Assembly: GCA_003553085.1 (NCBI GenBank)
Contig: PUPH01000031.1
Span: forward strand, 3 to 64,002
Reading direction: 5' to 3'
Source: Thermoplasmata archaeon
Lineage (GTDB): Archaea; Thermoplasmatota; Thermoplasmata; Halarchaeoplasmatales; Halarchaeoplasmataceae
DNA length: 64,000 nucleotides
The position numbers were made by a program, and so were the translations under genes. Under the pieces are notes generated by a model. The model was not told the DNA's origin. It saw only the letters and a program-made list of their open reading frames with translations, and did no database searches. Below, in pieces: positions 47,939-57,863 of this stretch (its first letter is position 1; each line of letters starts with the position of its first letter).

Positions 47939-49298
47939 ATCTCATATTCGGTCCGCCGCCATCCACCTTCGCGCTCTGGAACTTACCGCAATAGCCCGAA
48001 CCCATGCTGAACTCGAAGTTGTCTGCTACCGCGTCTACACTCCTGAGTACATCGAAGCCAGAACCAGAGATGGATACTCCTCGTAGTAGTTCTGTCAATT
48101 CACCGTTCTCTATACGCCATGCCTTCTCGACTCCGAATGTAAACTCAGCATTGGCATCGGCCTGCCCACCTTTTGCACCTTCTAGATAATATCCATCCTT
48201 AGTTTCCTCTATCATCTCATCCACACCGTATTCTCCTGTCTCGATGAACGTGTTCGTCATACGTATTATCGGTGGGTCGGAATACTGATAAGCTCGTGCG
48301 TTGCCCCTAGGTGTCATCTCGAGTACCCGGGCGGTCTCAAGATCACACAGGTATCCTTTCAGCACACCGTCTTTTATTAGCTCAGTTCGTTGAGACAACG
48401 TTCCTTCGTCATCTACCGGCGTCCATCCTGCTGCGTGTGGGTCCGCCACCCCATGATCCACTAGGGTGACCAATTCACTCGCTACCTTCTTCCCCAATTT
48501 ATCCTGTGCAACGGAGCCCGAGAGTACAAAATCAGCTTCCACCGTATGTCCGATGGCTTCGTGTGCTATCAACCCGACCAGCTCCGGATTCAGGATCACC
48601 TTAGCGGGACCACCTTTGGGATGTTCGGCTTTTAAGAGTCTTTGAGCCGACCCAACGGCCTTATCCGCCATCTCATGAGGTGTACTTTTAGCGAACAAGT
48701 CGTCCCATCCACCGGTGACCCCTCTGCTTTCGATCCCCGATATCTTTTCACCATGAAGGTTTGCATAAGCTATCGTATAAAAATCCACTTTTTCATCGTG
48801 TATCTCCACCTCGGTCCCAAAGCTGTTGACGATAAACTTGTCGTCCTGCATCTCGTTCCAAAGACATTTGGCAGAGTTGATGGATTTTTTATTCCTCATC
48901 TCCGAGTCTAGTTCTTTCAATAATTCTATCTTCTTTTCGATAGGATGATCTGTAACACTATCGTTCACCTCTGCACGAAACACTCCGGAGCAAGGGATGA
49001 CATCACCGATTTCGCCTACCTTTTGTGTTTTCAACCGTGAGGTGATACGTGCCGCCTTCTCCGCTCGTTGGATGGTGTTGATTATATCTTTGTCATCCAT
49101 CTTACTGGTGCTGCTGAACCCCCAGACACCGTCATGAAGAACTCTCACCCCGATACCAGAGTAGGTGGACGAGTGTAGGTCCTCTACATCGCCCCTTACT
49201 ATCTCTATCTTCTTCTGCTCTCTAGAATGATACCTTAGCTCAACATAGGCCGCCTGGCTCTTCTCTACTAACTTCGATAGCTTATCTTTCATATTCAC
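47913..49298 (-). CDS. tldD: TldD family metalloprotease, copy 1
   Basis: HEAIGHTVEAD (HExxxH), C-terminal GxC motif and the U62 family pattern. Confidence 0.75.
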   Translation of the reverse strand: MNMKDKLSKLVEKSQAAYVELRYHSREQKKIEIVRGDVEDLHSSTYSGIGVRVLHDGVWGFSSTSKMDDKDIINTIQRAEKAARITSRLKTQKVGEIGDVIPCSGVFRAEVNDSVTDHPIEKKIELLKELDSEMRNKKSINSAKCLWNEMQDDKFIVNSFGTEVEIHDEKVDFYTIAYANLHGEKISGIESRGVTGGWDDLFAKSTPHEMADKAVGSAQRLLKAEHPKGGPAKVILNPELVGLIAHEAIGHTVEADFVLSGSVAQDKLGKKVASELVTLVDHGVADPHAAGWTPVDDEGTLSQRTELIKDGVLKGYLCDLETARVLEMTPRGNARAYQYSDPPIIRMTNTFIETGEYGVDEMIEETKDGYYLEGAKGGQADANAEFTFGVEKAWRIENGELTELLRGVSISGSGFDVLRSVDAVADNFEFSMGSGYCGKFQSAKVDGGGPNMRCEATVGGK

Positions 49299-50623
49299 TT
49301 ACCCGAGATGGTTACATCCTTCAATTTGACCGAAGGAAGCTCGATGTTTATAGTAGCAGATCCGATGCTGTCATAGATCTTCTTGTGATCATCACCCAAC
49401 TCCATGGTATGCAATGATCCGGGTAGATTACCTGATATCATCAGACCTTCTAAACGTCCCTTTTTGATACCATCTTCCACCAACCATGCGGGATTGGCCA
49501 CCACACTAAAGTCACCGCTTGCAGGACTGGATGTATGGGCACCCATGACATTGTCCACCAATATCGTTCTACCTGCAAACAGTTCCTCTCTCGGTATATC
49601 CTCACCACTCATCATCACGTTCCTACTGCCTATCTGAGGGGGTGATTTAAAGGATGGGCGTACTCCATTGGCAGTACTCTTTGTGCCGCTTTGTACAGCC
49701 TCTTTAAGATCGTAAAAGAAGTTGTCCAATATTCCTCCGGATATAAGAGATACTGGTGAGCTGAGTACACCCTCATCGTCGAAGGGGAAACTGCCAAGCC
49801 CCCAATTAGATGTGGGATCTTCCACCAGATCGATGTATCCTGCGGCCACTTCATCCCCTACTCTATCTTCATACACAGATTTACCTTTCCTAACGTTCTC
49901 ACCGTCAAAGGATGGGAGCAATCCGAAGTGGATCAATATCCCCATGGCGTCGGGGCTTAAAATTACCGGGATCTTATCTCCTGGGATCTCCGCTAGATCT
50001 TTCATAGAAACTACCCTTTCACCTGCGGCGATACCTACCTCTTCAAAATCTATATCGTACTTTCTACTGCTAGATGATTCACTGGCCATAAGAGATGTCT
50101 TCTCACCGGGCAAAGTCGCGGCCACGCCTCCAGTGATGATGGATCCGTCCTGTGAGTAAAAAAGACCTTTGGTATTGCCGACGATCACGTTTCCTGAAGC
50201 TATCTTCAATGTACCTCGAGAGGGGAGTATATCGTCATCAACGGATGAGGCACCATCTACCATCTGTTGAGCTATCTCAATTCCATCGTCCATTGCCCTT
50301 TCCACTTTTTTATCGTACGTCTTTACTGCTGGTGGTTTCTCGCCCATCGGGAGCTCCATCTCCGTCTTTGGAGATAAAGATGTTAGCTCTATGGCTCTTT
50401 TTACACCGATCTCTTCTTTTCCAGGTGCGCAGTATCCGAAGCCGACTCTTCCGTCCTTAAATACCCTGATGCCTAAACCCATATCCTCATACTCATTACT
50501 GTCGGATACCTCTCCGTTCATTATCGAATAGCTAAGGATCCTTGAACGGATTCCATAAACATCTCCTGTCAACCCCTTTTTCTTCAACTGCTCTAAACAC
50601 TCTTTGATACCCTCTTCGATCAT
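49295..50623 (-). CDS. pmbA: PmbA/TldE-family protein, copy 2
   Basis: U62-like without HExxxH. 4-nt overlaps with both flanking genes. Confidence 0.7.
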   Translation of the reverse strand: MIEEGIKECLEQLKKKGLTGDVYGIRSRILSYSIMNGEVSDSNEYEDMGLGIRVFKDGRVGFGYCAPGKEEIGVKRAIELTSLSPKTEMELPMGEKPPAVKTYDKKVERAMDDGIEIAQQMVDGASSVDDDILPSRGTLKIASGNVIVGNTKGLFYSQDGSIITGGVAATLPGEKTSLMASESSSSRKYDIDFEEVGIAAGERVVSMKDLAEIPGDKIPVILSPDAMGILIHFGLLPSFDGENVRKGKSVYEDRVGDEVAAGYIDLVEDPTSNWGLGSFPFDDEGVLSSPVSLISGGILDNFFYDLKEAVQSGTKSTANGVRPSFKSPPQIGSRNVMMSGEDIPREELFAGRTILVDNVMGAHTSSPASGDFSVVANPAWLVEDGIKKGRLEGLMISGNLPGSLHTMELGDDHKKIYDSIGSATINIELPSVKLKDVTISGK

Positions 50624-52020
50624 TCTCTACCACCTACCGTGACCTGGGAGATGAGGGTGTTACCCCCACCATCGGTGACCGATGCACTCTGACCCTTTCC
50701 ACAGTGTCCGATCCCCATACCAGTCTCTTTTGTGATACCTACGATGTTCTGTAGTGTTTCAAGAGTAAATCCGTTAAAACTTACGTTCCTCAGTGGTCTC
50801 CCTATCTCTCCGTTCTCTATGAGATATGCGACCTGTGCGTTGAATTGGAAGGTACCCTGGGCGGTGTTCACCTGTCCACCGCTTGTAGATCTTGCATAGA
50901 TACCCTTGTCTATATCTTCTATCAATTCATCAAAGACCATATCACCGGCTTCCATGATGGTGTTACTCATCCTTACCAAGGGTTTGACACGGAAGTCCTC
51001 GGCTCTAGCACCACCGTTGGGTTCCATGTTCAGCTTCCATGCATTTTCACGGTCCAGTATGAAATCGTTCAGCACCCCGTCTTTGACCAGTACACGGTTC
51101 TTCGCTCGTGTTCCCTCGTCGTCGAAGGGGAAACTCCCGTAACCGTCCATCGTTGGATCATCCTTGATGGTGACTATCTCGGAGGCTACCTTCTCACCTA
51201 TCTTTCCCTTCAAACAACTGTTACCGCTGGAAACCAGGTCGCCCTCTGCGGCGTGGCCGAAGGCTTCATGGGAGAATACACCGGTAAGGTGTGGATCCAT
51301 TACCAAAGGTAACTTTCCCGAAGGCGGACTCTTTGCTTCTAAAAGGGCTCCCAATCTGTCCAGTAGGATATCGGCCTTCTCGAATGCCTCACCGCTCAAC
51401 TCGAAGCCGCCGGTTCCCCCGATGGCTTCGGTAGCCATCTGTACCGTATCGCTTTTACCGGTGACTATCATATAGGTTACCAGTCGAGGTATCTCCATGG
51501 TCACGTGCGTACCTTCACTGGTGATTATCTCCTTTTCCACCAGTAGATCTCTGTATCGTAGATCGGTCGATCTGACGATATCGCTCTTTAGATGGGTTTC
51601 CAACTCCTGTAAAAAATCCAGCTTCTCCTCGGGACTCACATCAAGAAAGCTGTCTTTCATGGGATATACAGCCTTCTCCTGCAAAGGCTCCACCTCTGCC
51701 AGTCCAGTTCTATCTTTTTTCAGCTTATCACTGTTCTTCGCCATGGATAACGCTCTTTCCAGCGATCGTTCTAGTGAAGATAGATCAGCAGTACCTACAT
51801 AACCCCATCCATCACCATATAATACCCTGGTCATGGCACCTTCTTCTTCCCCCTGTATCACCGTTTCCGGAACTCCATCCTTTAGATAAAGGATCTTCCT
51901 GTGCCACTTTTCCTTTCGTATATCACAATACTGAGCACCCTTCTGAAGGATACTTTGTATGAGCTCTTTTTCTTCCATCGCTTGCGAAGAGGACCTTGGG
52001 GATAAAAGTATTTTGTGCAA
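50620..52020 (-). CDS. tldD: TldD family metalloprotease, copy 2
   Basis: HEAFGHAAEGD (HExxxH). The start may be the internal Met (MEEKELIQ). Confidence 0.75.
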   Translation of the reverse strand: MHKILLSPRSSSQAMEEKELIQSILQKGAQYCDIRKEKWHRKILYLKDGVPETVIQGEEEGAMTRVLYGDGWGYVGTADLSSLERSLERALSMAKNSDKLKKDRTGLAEVEPLQEKAVYPMKDSFLDVSPEEKLDFLQELETHLKSDIVRSTDLRYRDLLVEKEIITSEGTHVTMEIPRLVTYMIVTGKSDTVQMATEAIGGTGGFELSGEAFEKADILLDRLGALLEAKSPPSGKLPLVMDPHLTGVFSHEAFGHAAEGDLVSSGNSCLKGKIGEKVASEIVTIKDDPTMDGYGSFPFDDEGTRAKNRVLVKDGVLNDFILDRENAWKLNMEPNGGARAEDFRVKPLVRMSNTIMEAGDMVFDELIEDIDKGIYARSTSGGQVNTAQGTFQFNAQVAYLIENGEIGRPLRNVSFNGFTLETLQNIVGITKETGMGIGHCGKGQSASVTDGGGNTLISQVTVGGRE

Positions 52021-52035
52021 ATGTGTACAATATTA

Positions 52036-53226
52036 TTAACGATCTCTCATCATCGCCTGAATGGTTCTAACGACATCTACCGTTTCATGGACATCGTGGA
52101 CCCTCAGTATCCCGACCTTCTTTTGGACCGCCAGTGCCGCAACCGCAAGAGAGCCGTAAAGTCGCTCATCTGCCTTTTTGTCCAACACCTGTCCTAAAAA
52201 GCTTTTACGAGAAGCTCCCAGTAATACCGGATAACCCATGGAATTGAACTCCTCCAAACGTGAGATGATCTCCAGGTTATGATGTATCCTCTTTCCGAAT
52301 CCGATACCAGGATCGATAATTATATTTGATGGGGATATACCGGCCTCCTCGGCTTGGGAAGCCCTGTTTCTCAGGTATCGATATATCTCGGTGATCACAT
52401 CATCGTATCTAGGGTCGTCCTGCATGGTTTCAGGTGTTCCCTGCATGTGCATGATCACCACGGGTACGTCCAGGGTTGCAACGGTTTCGCGCATACCTTC
52501 ATCCCTTAACCCATAAACATCATTGATCATGGAGGCACCTGCATCCACGGCGGCTTCAGCTACCTTCGGTCGATGGGTGTCGATACTCAGCGGTACGTCT
52601 ATCTTATCCACGAGACTATCGATCACTGGCAGCACCCTATCGATCTCATCTTCTACGGATACACGTCCACTTCCAGGCCTGGTACTTTCACCGCCTATAT
52701 CTATTATATCGGCACCTTCGCCCACCATATCCTGAGCTCGTTCGATGGCTCTGTCCAGATCGTAGTTTACACCACCATCATAGAAGCTATCCGGAGTCAC
52801 GTTCAATATCCCCATCACTCGTGTTCCTTCACCGGGAACGGGAGGTTCGGCGGGATCGTCAAAATTCTTTAAAGCGGTCTTTACCTCTTCAGATAAGTTC
52901 GGTAATCCCAGGGGTTGTTCTTCGAGTTTTCTAAGGACCCTTCTATAATGAGAGAGGGTCCCCATCATGATCACTTCGCTCTCATCTTCGGATACGTTCA
53001 ATGCGGCCCAGGATACCGCAGCCTCCGCTCCTGCGGCTAAAAACTCTTGCTTTAAGATGTTGGCAGCTCTTGGATCGAGTCCAGATGCTCTGATCAAGCG
53101 GTACGTCCCTTTGGGTGCCATGATCTCTACACCCCTTGGATCACACCCCATGCGTTCTAGTTCATCGGCTATACGATCTTTTGAGAGTATCCGAGTTTCG
53201 AACATATTCTCAGGTAATATGAACAC
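52036..53226 (-). CDS. folP: Dihydropteroate synthase with an unusual N-terminal extension of about 110 aa
   Basis: Pterin-binding core GILNVTPDSFYDGG...DIIDIGGESTRPG...NDV...GIGFGK. The residues before the core match no family I recognise. Confidence 0.8.
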   Translation of the reverse strand: MFILPENMFETRILSKDRIADELERMGCDPRGVEIMAPKGTYRLIRASGLDPRAANILKQEFLAAGAEAAVSWAALNVSEDESEVIMMGTLSHYRRVLRKLEEQPLGLPNLSEEVKTALKNFDDPAEPPVPGEGTRVMGILNVTPDSFYDGGVNYDLDRAIERAQDMVGEGADIIDIGGESTRPGSGRVSVEDEIDRVLPVIDSLVDKIDVPLSIDTHRPKVAEAAVDAGASMINDVYGLRDEGMRETVATLDVPVVIMHMQGTPETMQDDPRYDDVITEIYRYLRNRASQAEEAGISPSNIIIDPGIGFGKRIHHNLEIISRLEEFNSMGYPVLLGASRKSFLGQVLDKKADERLYGSLAVAALAVQKKVGILRVHDVHETVDVVRTIQAMMRDR

Positions 53227-53238
53227 ATGATAAAAAAG

Positions 53239-53781
53239 TTAATCCTCGAATATTGCCCCACATCCGGGACACTCATCTGCACTCTCGGACACTTCGCTGC
53301 CGCACAGGGGACACATGAACTTTAATTCAAAATCATACTCTTCTTCCGATTCCTCCATCAGGAACGCGAACTGTTTTATTTCCTCGACCACCGATTCAGT
53401 ATCCGTGATCTCGAAAGTGCGGTCATCCACGTTTTCGAGTAGTTCTTCCAGAAGGGTCTGGTGGATGATCTCCTTTAGATCCGCTCCGCACTCCGGGCAT
53501 TTCTTTTCTTTTATGGTGGCTTCAGATCCACACTCAGGGCATGCTACGGTCTTTCCCGGGTCCATCTCGTGCCTGACTTCCTCACCCTCTTCGGATAACA
53601 CTGAAACATAGGGTACCCTGTTTCCGCTCCTATCTACGAACCTTTGCCCCATCTGAGATATTATCCACTCTAAGTCAACATCACATTCTGGGCACTTCTT
53701 ATCGGAGCTGGAGATATCCGAACCACATCTCGGGCAGTGGTCGGGTCTTTTTGTTTCACTTTCCTGCTCGGATGACATCAT
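53239..53781 (-). CDS. Triple zinc-ribbon protein (three CPxCG-x9-10-CPxCG units)
   Basis: CPRCGSD...CPECDVDL, CPECGSE...CPECGADL and CPLCGSE...CPGCGA. Confidence 0.6.
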   Translation of the reverse strand: MMSSEQESETKRPDHCPRCGSDISSSDKKCPECDVDLEWIISQMGQRFVDRSGNRVPYVSVLSEEGEEVRHEMDPGKTVACPECGSEATIKEKKCPECGADLKEIIHQTLLEELLENVDDRTFEITDTESVVEEIKQFAFLMEESEEEYDFELKFMCPLCGSEVSESADECPGCGAIFED

Positions 53782-53819
53782 ACACCTTCCAAGGATACAC
53801 AGTAAGTACGATTAAAGAT

Positions 53820-54800
53820 TTATCCCTTGAAGATCGGCCTTTGTATGCCTTCTTTTGACACATAGACCATCTCTTCGTCCTCTTCACTCACTTCTTCCTT
53901 CGCCTGTAAGAAACCTCGCATACGAACATTGAGCAGATCTATATGGTGTAATGCAACCGCTTCTTCCATCCTGGGACTACGGGCGCTTCCCCACTCGAAA
54001 TCTCCGTGGTGGGATAGTATTATGTGAGAAAGTTTCAGTGATCGTTCGTCCGTCAGATCATCGATTTTTTGTGCACGTTCCCTGACCAGTCTTTCACAGA
54101 GTACGGTATGACCGATCAATCTAGCTTCTGTGGTCAATTCTATGGAGGTGTAATGTTCATATTCTAGGACCTTACCGAAATCGTGGACGATGGATGCTGC
54201 CAGGAGTAGATCTCGGTCCAACTCAGAATAAAGGGATGTTACATGATATGATAAACGTACATCGTCGAGAGTGTGCTCCAGCAATCCACCGAGGTAATTA
54301 TAACTATAATTTTTACTGTAAGGACTCCTTTTGAACGCTTCAGCGAAGGGTTCGTCTTCCAGAAAGGACATCGTCAATGAATATAGTCCTTTATCCTCTA
54401 TCTCAGCTGCATACTCCATGAGCTCTTCAAACATGGCTTCCACATCTCTGTCCGTGGTGGGCATGAACTCCGAGGGATCTATTGATCCTATATCCGCACG
54501 CCTCAATTTATGAAAATCATCTGGACTGATGGATATCTGTAGATCGCCTCTATAGGTGGTGACCGAGCCGTCGACTTCCAACACATCGCCCACCTTGATC
54601 CTTTCATAAAGGTCGTTCACCATCTGTCTATCTACACCACCCCAGTAAACTAAAGGGATATCGCCGGTCCTATCACCGACTTTCAATCTAAAAAACCAGC
54701 CTTTGGAATACTCCTTAGGTGGCATCTTCGTCCTCACCGCGAACCTATCCCTTACGTTTTGACCCTCTACAAGGTCCTCCACATACTTTTTCTTTTCCAA
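53820..54800 (-). CDS. OB-fold plus HD-domain phosphohydrolase (YhaM-like 3'-5' exonuclease family)
   Basis: N-terminal OB fold. HD motifs HTVLCERL...HD(F)GK...LSHHGDFEWGS. Confidence 0.6.
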   Translation of the reverse strand: MEKKKYVEDLVEGQNVRDRFAVRTKMPPKEYSKGWFFRLKVGDRTGDIPLVYWGGVDRQMVNDLYERIKVGDVLEVDGSVTTYRGDLQISISPDDFHKLRRADIGSIDPSEFMPTTDRDVEAMFEELMEYAAEIEDKGLYSLTMSFLEDEPFAEAFKRSPYSKNYSYNYLGGLLEHTLDDVRLSYHVTSLYSELDRDLLLAASIVHDFGKVLEYEHYTSIELTTEARLIGHTVLCERLVRERAQKIDDLTDERSLKLSHIILSHHGDFEWGSARSPRMEEAVALHHIDLLNVRMRGFLQAKEEVSEEDEEMVYVSKEGIQRPIFKG

Positions 54801-54851
54801 TCTATCACGATATGCTCAAAGTCCGAAGGGATATTTAACTTAAACGGTTTT

Positions 54852-55805
54852 TCACACTTCCACTTCAAGATCTAATTCGTCCACCAGTTCCTTATATCGG
54901 TTCCTTACGGTGACCTCGGTGACCGCCGCCACATCGGCAACTTCTCTTTGAGTTCTACGTTGATTTTTTTGTATAGAAGCTATGTATATGGATGCCGCCG
55001 CCAGGCCCGTAGGACCCTTTCCTGAGATCAGTTCCTTTTCCTCGGCCATCTTGATTATCTCGTCCGCTCTCCTCTGTACTTTACCGGATAAGCCCAGTTC
55101 GCTGCAGAAGCGACCCAGATATTCTTCTGGTCGGGTGGGTTTCAGTTTGAGAACAAGCTCCCTGCTAAGGAAACGATAAGTTCGGCCTATCTCTTTCCTA
55201 TCCGATGAAGTGGCTTCAGCTATCTCGTCCAGTGTTCTAGGAACGCTGGCTTTCCTGCAGGCTGCGTAAAGTGATGCAGCCACCACACTGTTTATGCTTC
55301 TACCTCGGATAAGATTCTTTTTCACTGCGTTCCTATAGATCACCGCGGCACTCTCTCTGATGTTCTTAGGAAGCCCCATGGTGGAAGCCATCCTGTCAAG
55401 TTCGGTAAGTGCGTAAGCTAGATTTCTCTCCGTAGCATCGGAAACACGTATCCTCCTCTGCCACTTCCTTAAACGATAGATTTGTGCCTTCTTTTTACTA
55501 GGTATGGATCTGCCGTAAGAATCGCGGTTGGATTGATCTATACCAGTGGATAATCCCTTGTCGTGGACCATCTGTGTCATAGGGGCACCTGTACGCGCTC
55601 TGCTCTGTTCCTGCTGCATATCGAATGCCCTCCATTCAGGCCCTTCGTCCACATACTGATCATCCACCACCAGACCGCATTCTTCACACACTAATTCTCC
55701 CCGATCGTAATCTTGAGCTAGATGTTTACTATTGCACTCCGGACATTCGGTTATCTTTTCGACCCGGTCTCGACCCCGGCCAACTGCTTCGGTATCATCA
55801 TTCAT
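54852..55805 (-). CDS. tfb: Transcription initiation factor TFIIB (TFB)
   Basis: N-terminal zinc ribbon CPECNS...CEECGLV, B-reader, two cyclin folds and the C-terminal HTH. Confidence 0.9.
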   Translation of the reverse strand: MNDDTEAVGRGRDRVEKITECPECNSKHLAQDYDRGELVCEECGLVVDDQYVDEGPEWRAFDMQQEQSRARTGAPMTQMVHDKGLSTGIDQSNRDSYGRSIPSKKKAQIYRLRKWQRRIRVSDATERNLAYALTELDRMASTMGLPKNIRESAAVIYRNAVKKNLIRGRSINSVVAASLYAACRKASVPRTLDEIAEATSSDRKEIGRTYRFLSRELVLKLKPTRPEEYLGRFCSELGLSGKVQRRADEIIKMAEEKELISGKGPTGLAAASIYIASIQKNQRRTQREVADVAAVTEVTVRNRYKELVDELDLEVEV

Positions 55806-56040
55806 AGTTTTCGTCCTCCACGAAAACCGATCTACCTACCATGGTAAGAGGTCTCCTGGAATCCTTCCTTGGTTTTACTTCGACATATGGTGAACCGACT
55901 GGACCAAAAACCCACGAAATCTTACCGATAACATTCCTTCTCTTATCGATTACCTCTGTGCCCGGTGGAACATACTGAGGAAAGCGAGTGATAATTTCCC
56001 CTCGATGGGACACTGTGTGGATCTTTCCTTCGATTCGCAA
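55798..56040 (-). CDS. gar1: H/ACA ribonucleoprotein subunit Gar1
   Basis: 80 aa. [19 protein letters not shown] matches the Gar1 core. Classic tfb-adjacent position with an 8-nt overlap. Confidence 0.75.
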   Translation of the reverse strand: MRIEGKIHTVSHRGEIITRFPQYVPPGTEVIDKRRNVIGKISWVFGPVGSPYVEVKPRKDSRRPLTMVGRSVFVEDENYE

Positions 56041-56160
56041 TATTTAAAGCCTCCATATGGTGGTAGCGGTTCTTCAGCTTAACCACATAAGTGGGGTGGA
56101 AGTATATAAAACTTTCGAAAAACTTTATTACATAATCGATTTCATGCAAAATAAAGGTTT

Positions 56161-57036
56161 CTACAAAAGATGCATCAACGGATTTCCTATCAAAAATGAT
56201 ATCACAAAACCGATGGTCATAGGTACTATAAAAGGTATCTTTGGTGTCACCCATATCCTCTTCCTTCCCTTCAAACTGTCGAACATATCTTCTTCATCCC
56301 CCCTAGGTCTGAGTATTACTTTTCTCTCACCTCCTTCATAGAACTCCATTGGCCAAACGAACGATCCCCTTGCCTTATCGATCCCGGTTCTATAACCAAA
56401 GAACATCAAAGGGAACTCAAGATCACCCCTCTTAAGGTTCAATATCAGATATGATACCGGAAGAACCAGCATTATAACTGATGAATTCAAGAGCACAACG
56501 AAGGTGAAGGGAAACAAACTCTGCATGGATTCTATAACCTGAGTCGAAGCACCATGGTCGGTGATGCCATGTAGTACCGGGTAATAAGGAAGTAGGATGG
56601 CAAGAACGACTACAGCCTTTGCATCCGCACCGCCATAGATGATGCCATAATAATAGAACACGAATGCTACAGCCATCATACCGGGTATCCATAGCAAAGG
56701 CCATAAATCTGGATCTGTGAAAGATGAAAAGATCAGGAATCCCACTGTAACGACCGGCAGTAGGAACCATAGTACCACTAAAAAATTGACTCCGGATTCA
56801 TCGTATAGTACCGGTAATTCAACGAAGGCTTCAACCAGTAGAAAGAGTATGGGAACCAGTATCAGATAATAGTGTATCGGAGATCCAGCAGAGATCATCT
56901 GATAGATCAATATACCAAGGGCAAAAAATGACATGATGATCCAGACCTTGTCAGGAACCCTCCTAGTTTTCAAGTCGCATATAGATGCGAATAGCAGGAA
57001 AGTGATCCCAACAAGAAATCTAGCTGACGAGTACAT
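56161..57036 (-). CDS. A24-family prepilin/preflagellin peptidase (PibD/FlaK-like)
   Basis: Polytopic membrane protein. First catalytic Asp in ASICDLKTRRVPD and second in YGGADAKA (GxGDxK-type). Confidence 0.65.
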   Translation of the reverse strand: MYSSARFLVGITFLLFASICDLKTRRVPDKVWIIMSFFALGILIYQMISAGSPIHYYLILVPILFLLVEAFVELPVLYDESGVNFLVVLWFLLPVVTVGFLIFSSFTDPDLWPLLWIPGMMAVAFVFYYYGIIYGGADAKAVVVLAILLPYYPVLHGITDHGASTQVIESMQSLFPFTFVVLLNSSVIMLVLPVSYLILNLKRGDLEFPLMFFGYRTGIDKARGSFVWPMEFYEGGERKVILRPRGDEEDMFDSLKGRKRIWVTPKIPFIVPMTIGFVISFLIGNPLMHLL

Positions 57037-57037
57037 T

Positions 57038-57859
57038 CTACCTCTCGATGGTCATGGAAACGTCGACTGCAGGTGCGGAGTGTGTAAGTGCACCAGATGA
57101 GACTACGTCCGCATGTGGTGTATAATCCTTTACGTTGTATATATCGATATTTCCGGATACTTCGACGAGTATATCCTTACGTATATCTTTAATTTTTGTG
57201 TAAGCCCTCTCGACCTCAGAGGGGGTCATGTTGTCCAGCATCACGATGTCCGCTCCGTTTTCCGCAGCGATCACGGCGCCTTCAAAATCCACCACCTCCA
57301 CATCGATCTTTTTGGAAAAAGAGGCTTTTTTAGCCCGTTCTATAGCTTCCTGCAAACCTCCAGCAAGTGCGATGTGATTGTCCTTGACCAGGACCATATC
57401 GTCCAGGCGCATCCTGTGTGTATCTCCACCACCGTCCTGAACCGCCTTTTTCTCGAAGTATCTGAAGCCGGGTGTTGTTTTTCTAGTGCAGGCCACCACC
57501 GTACCCTCGGCGGCATCCACCATGGAACGTACCTTCGTAGCTATTCCTGACATCCTCATTATCAGATTCAAGGCCAATCGTTCCAGGCTCAATATCACGG
57601 AAGCCGGACCTCTGACCTCCATCAATACGTCACCTTCGCCGACTCTATCCCCGGGGTCAAAGTACTCTTTGACCTCGACACCGTGATCTTCGAAGAGTAC
57701 TGTGGCCTCACGGACACCACTCAACACGAAATCCTCTTTTGAAGTGACCACGCCTTTAACGATCTCATCTTCCACACACAGTCGTGTGGTGATATCACCG
57801 TCGCCGAGATCTTCCTGGATGAACTGTTCTAGATGTTTGAGTAGGATCCATCTATCCAT
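57038..57859 (-). CDS. nadC: Nicotinate-nucleotide pyrophosphorylase (quinolinate phosphoribosyltransferase)
   Basis: TRKTTPGFR...KKAVQDGGGDTHRMRLDDMVLVKDNH matches NadC. Confidence 0.9.
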   Translation of the reverse strand: MDRWILLKHLEQFIQEDLGDGDITTRLCVEDEIVKGVVTSKEDFVLSGVREATVLFEDHGVEVKEYFDPGDRVGEGDVLMEVRGPASVILSLERLALNLIMRMSGIATKVRSMVDAAEGTVVACTRKTTPGFRYFEKKAVQDGGGDTHRMRLDDMVLVKDNHIALAGGLQEAIERAKKASFSKKIDVEVVDFEGAVIAAENGADIVMLDNMTPSEVERAYTKIKDIRKDILVEVSGNIDIYNVKDYTPHADVVSSGALTHSAPAVDVSMTIER

Positions 57860-57863
57860 GGGC

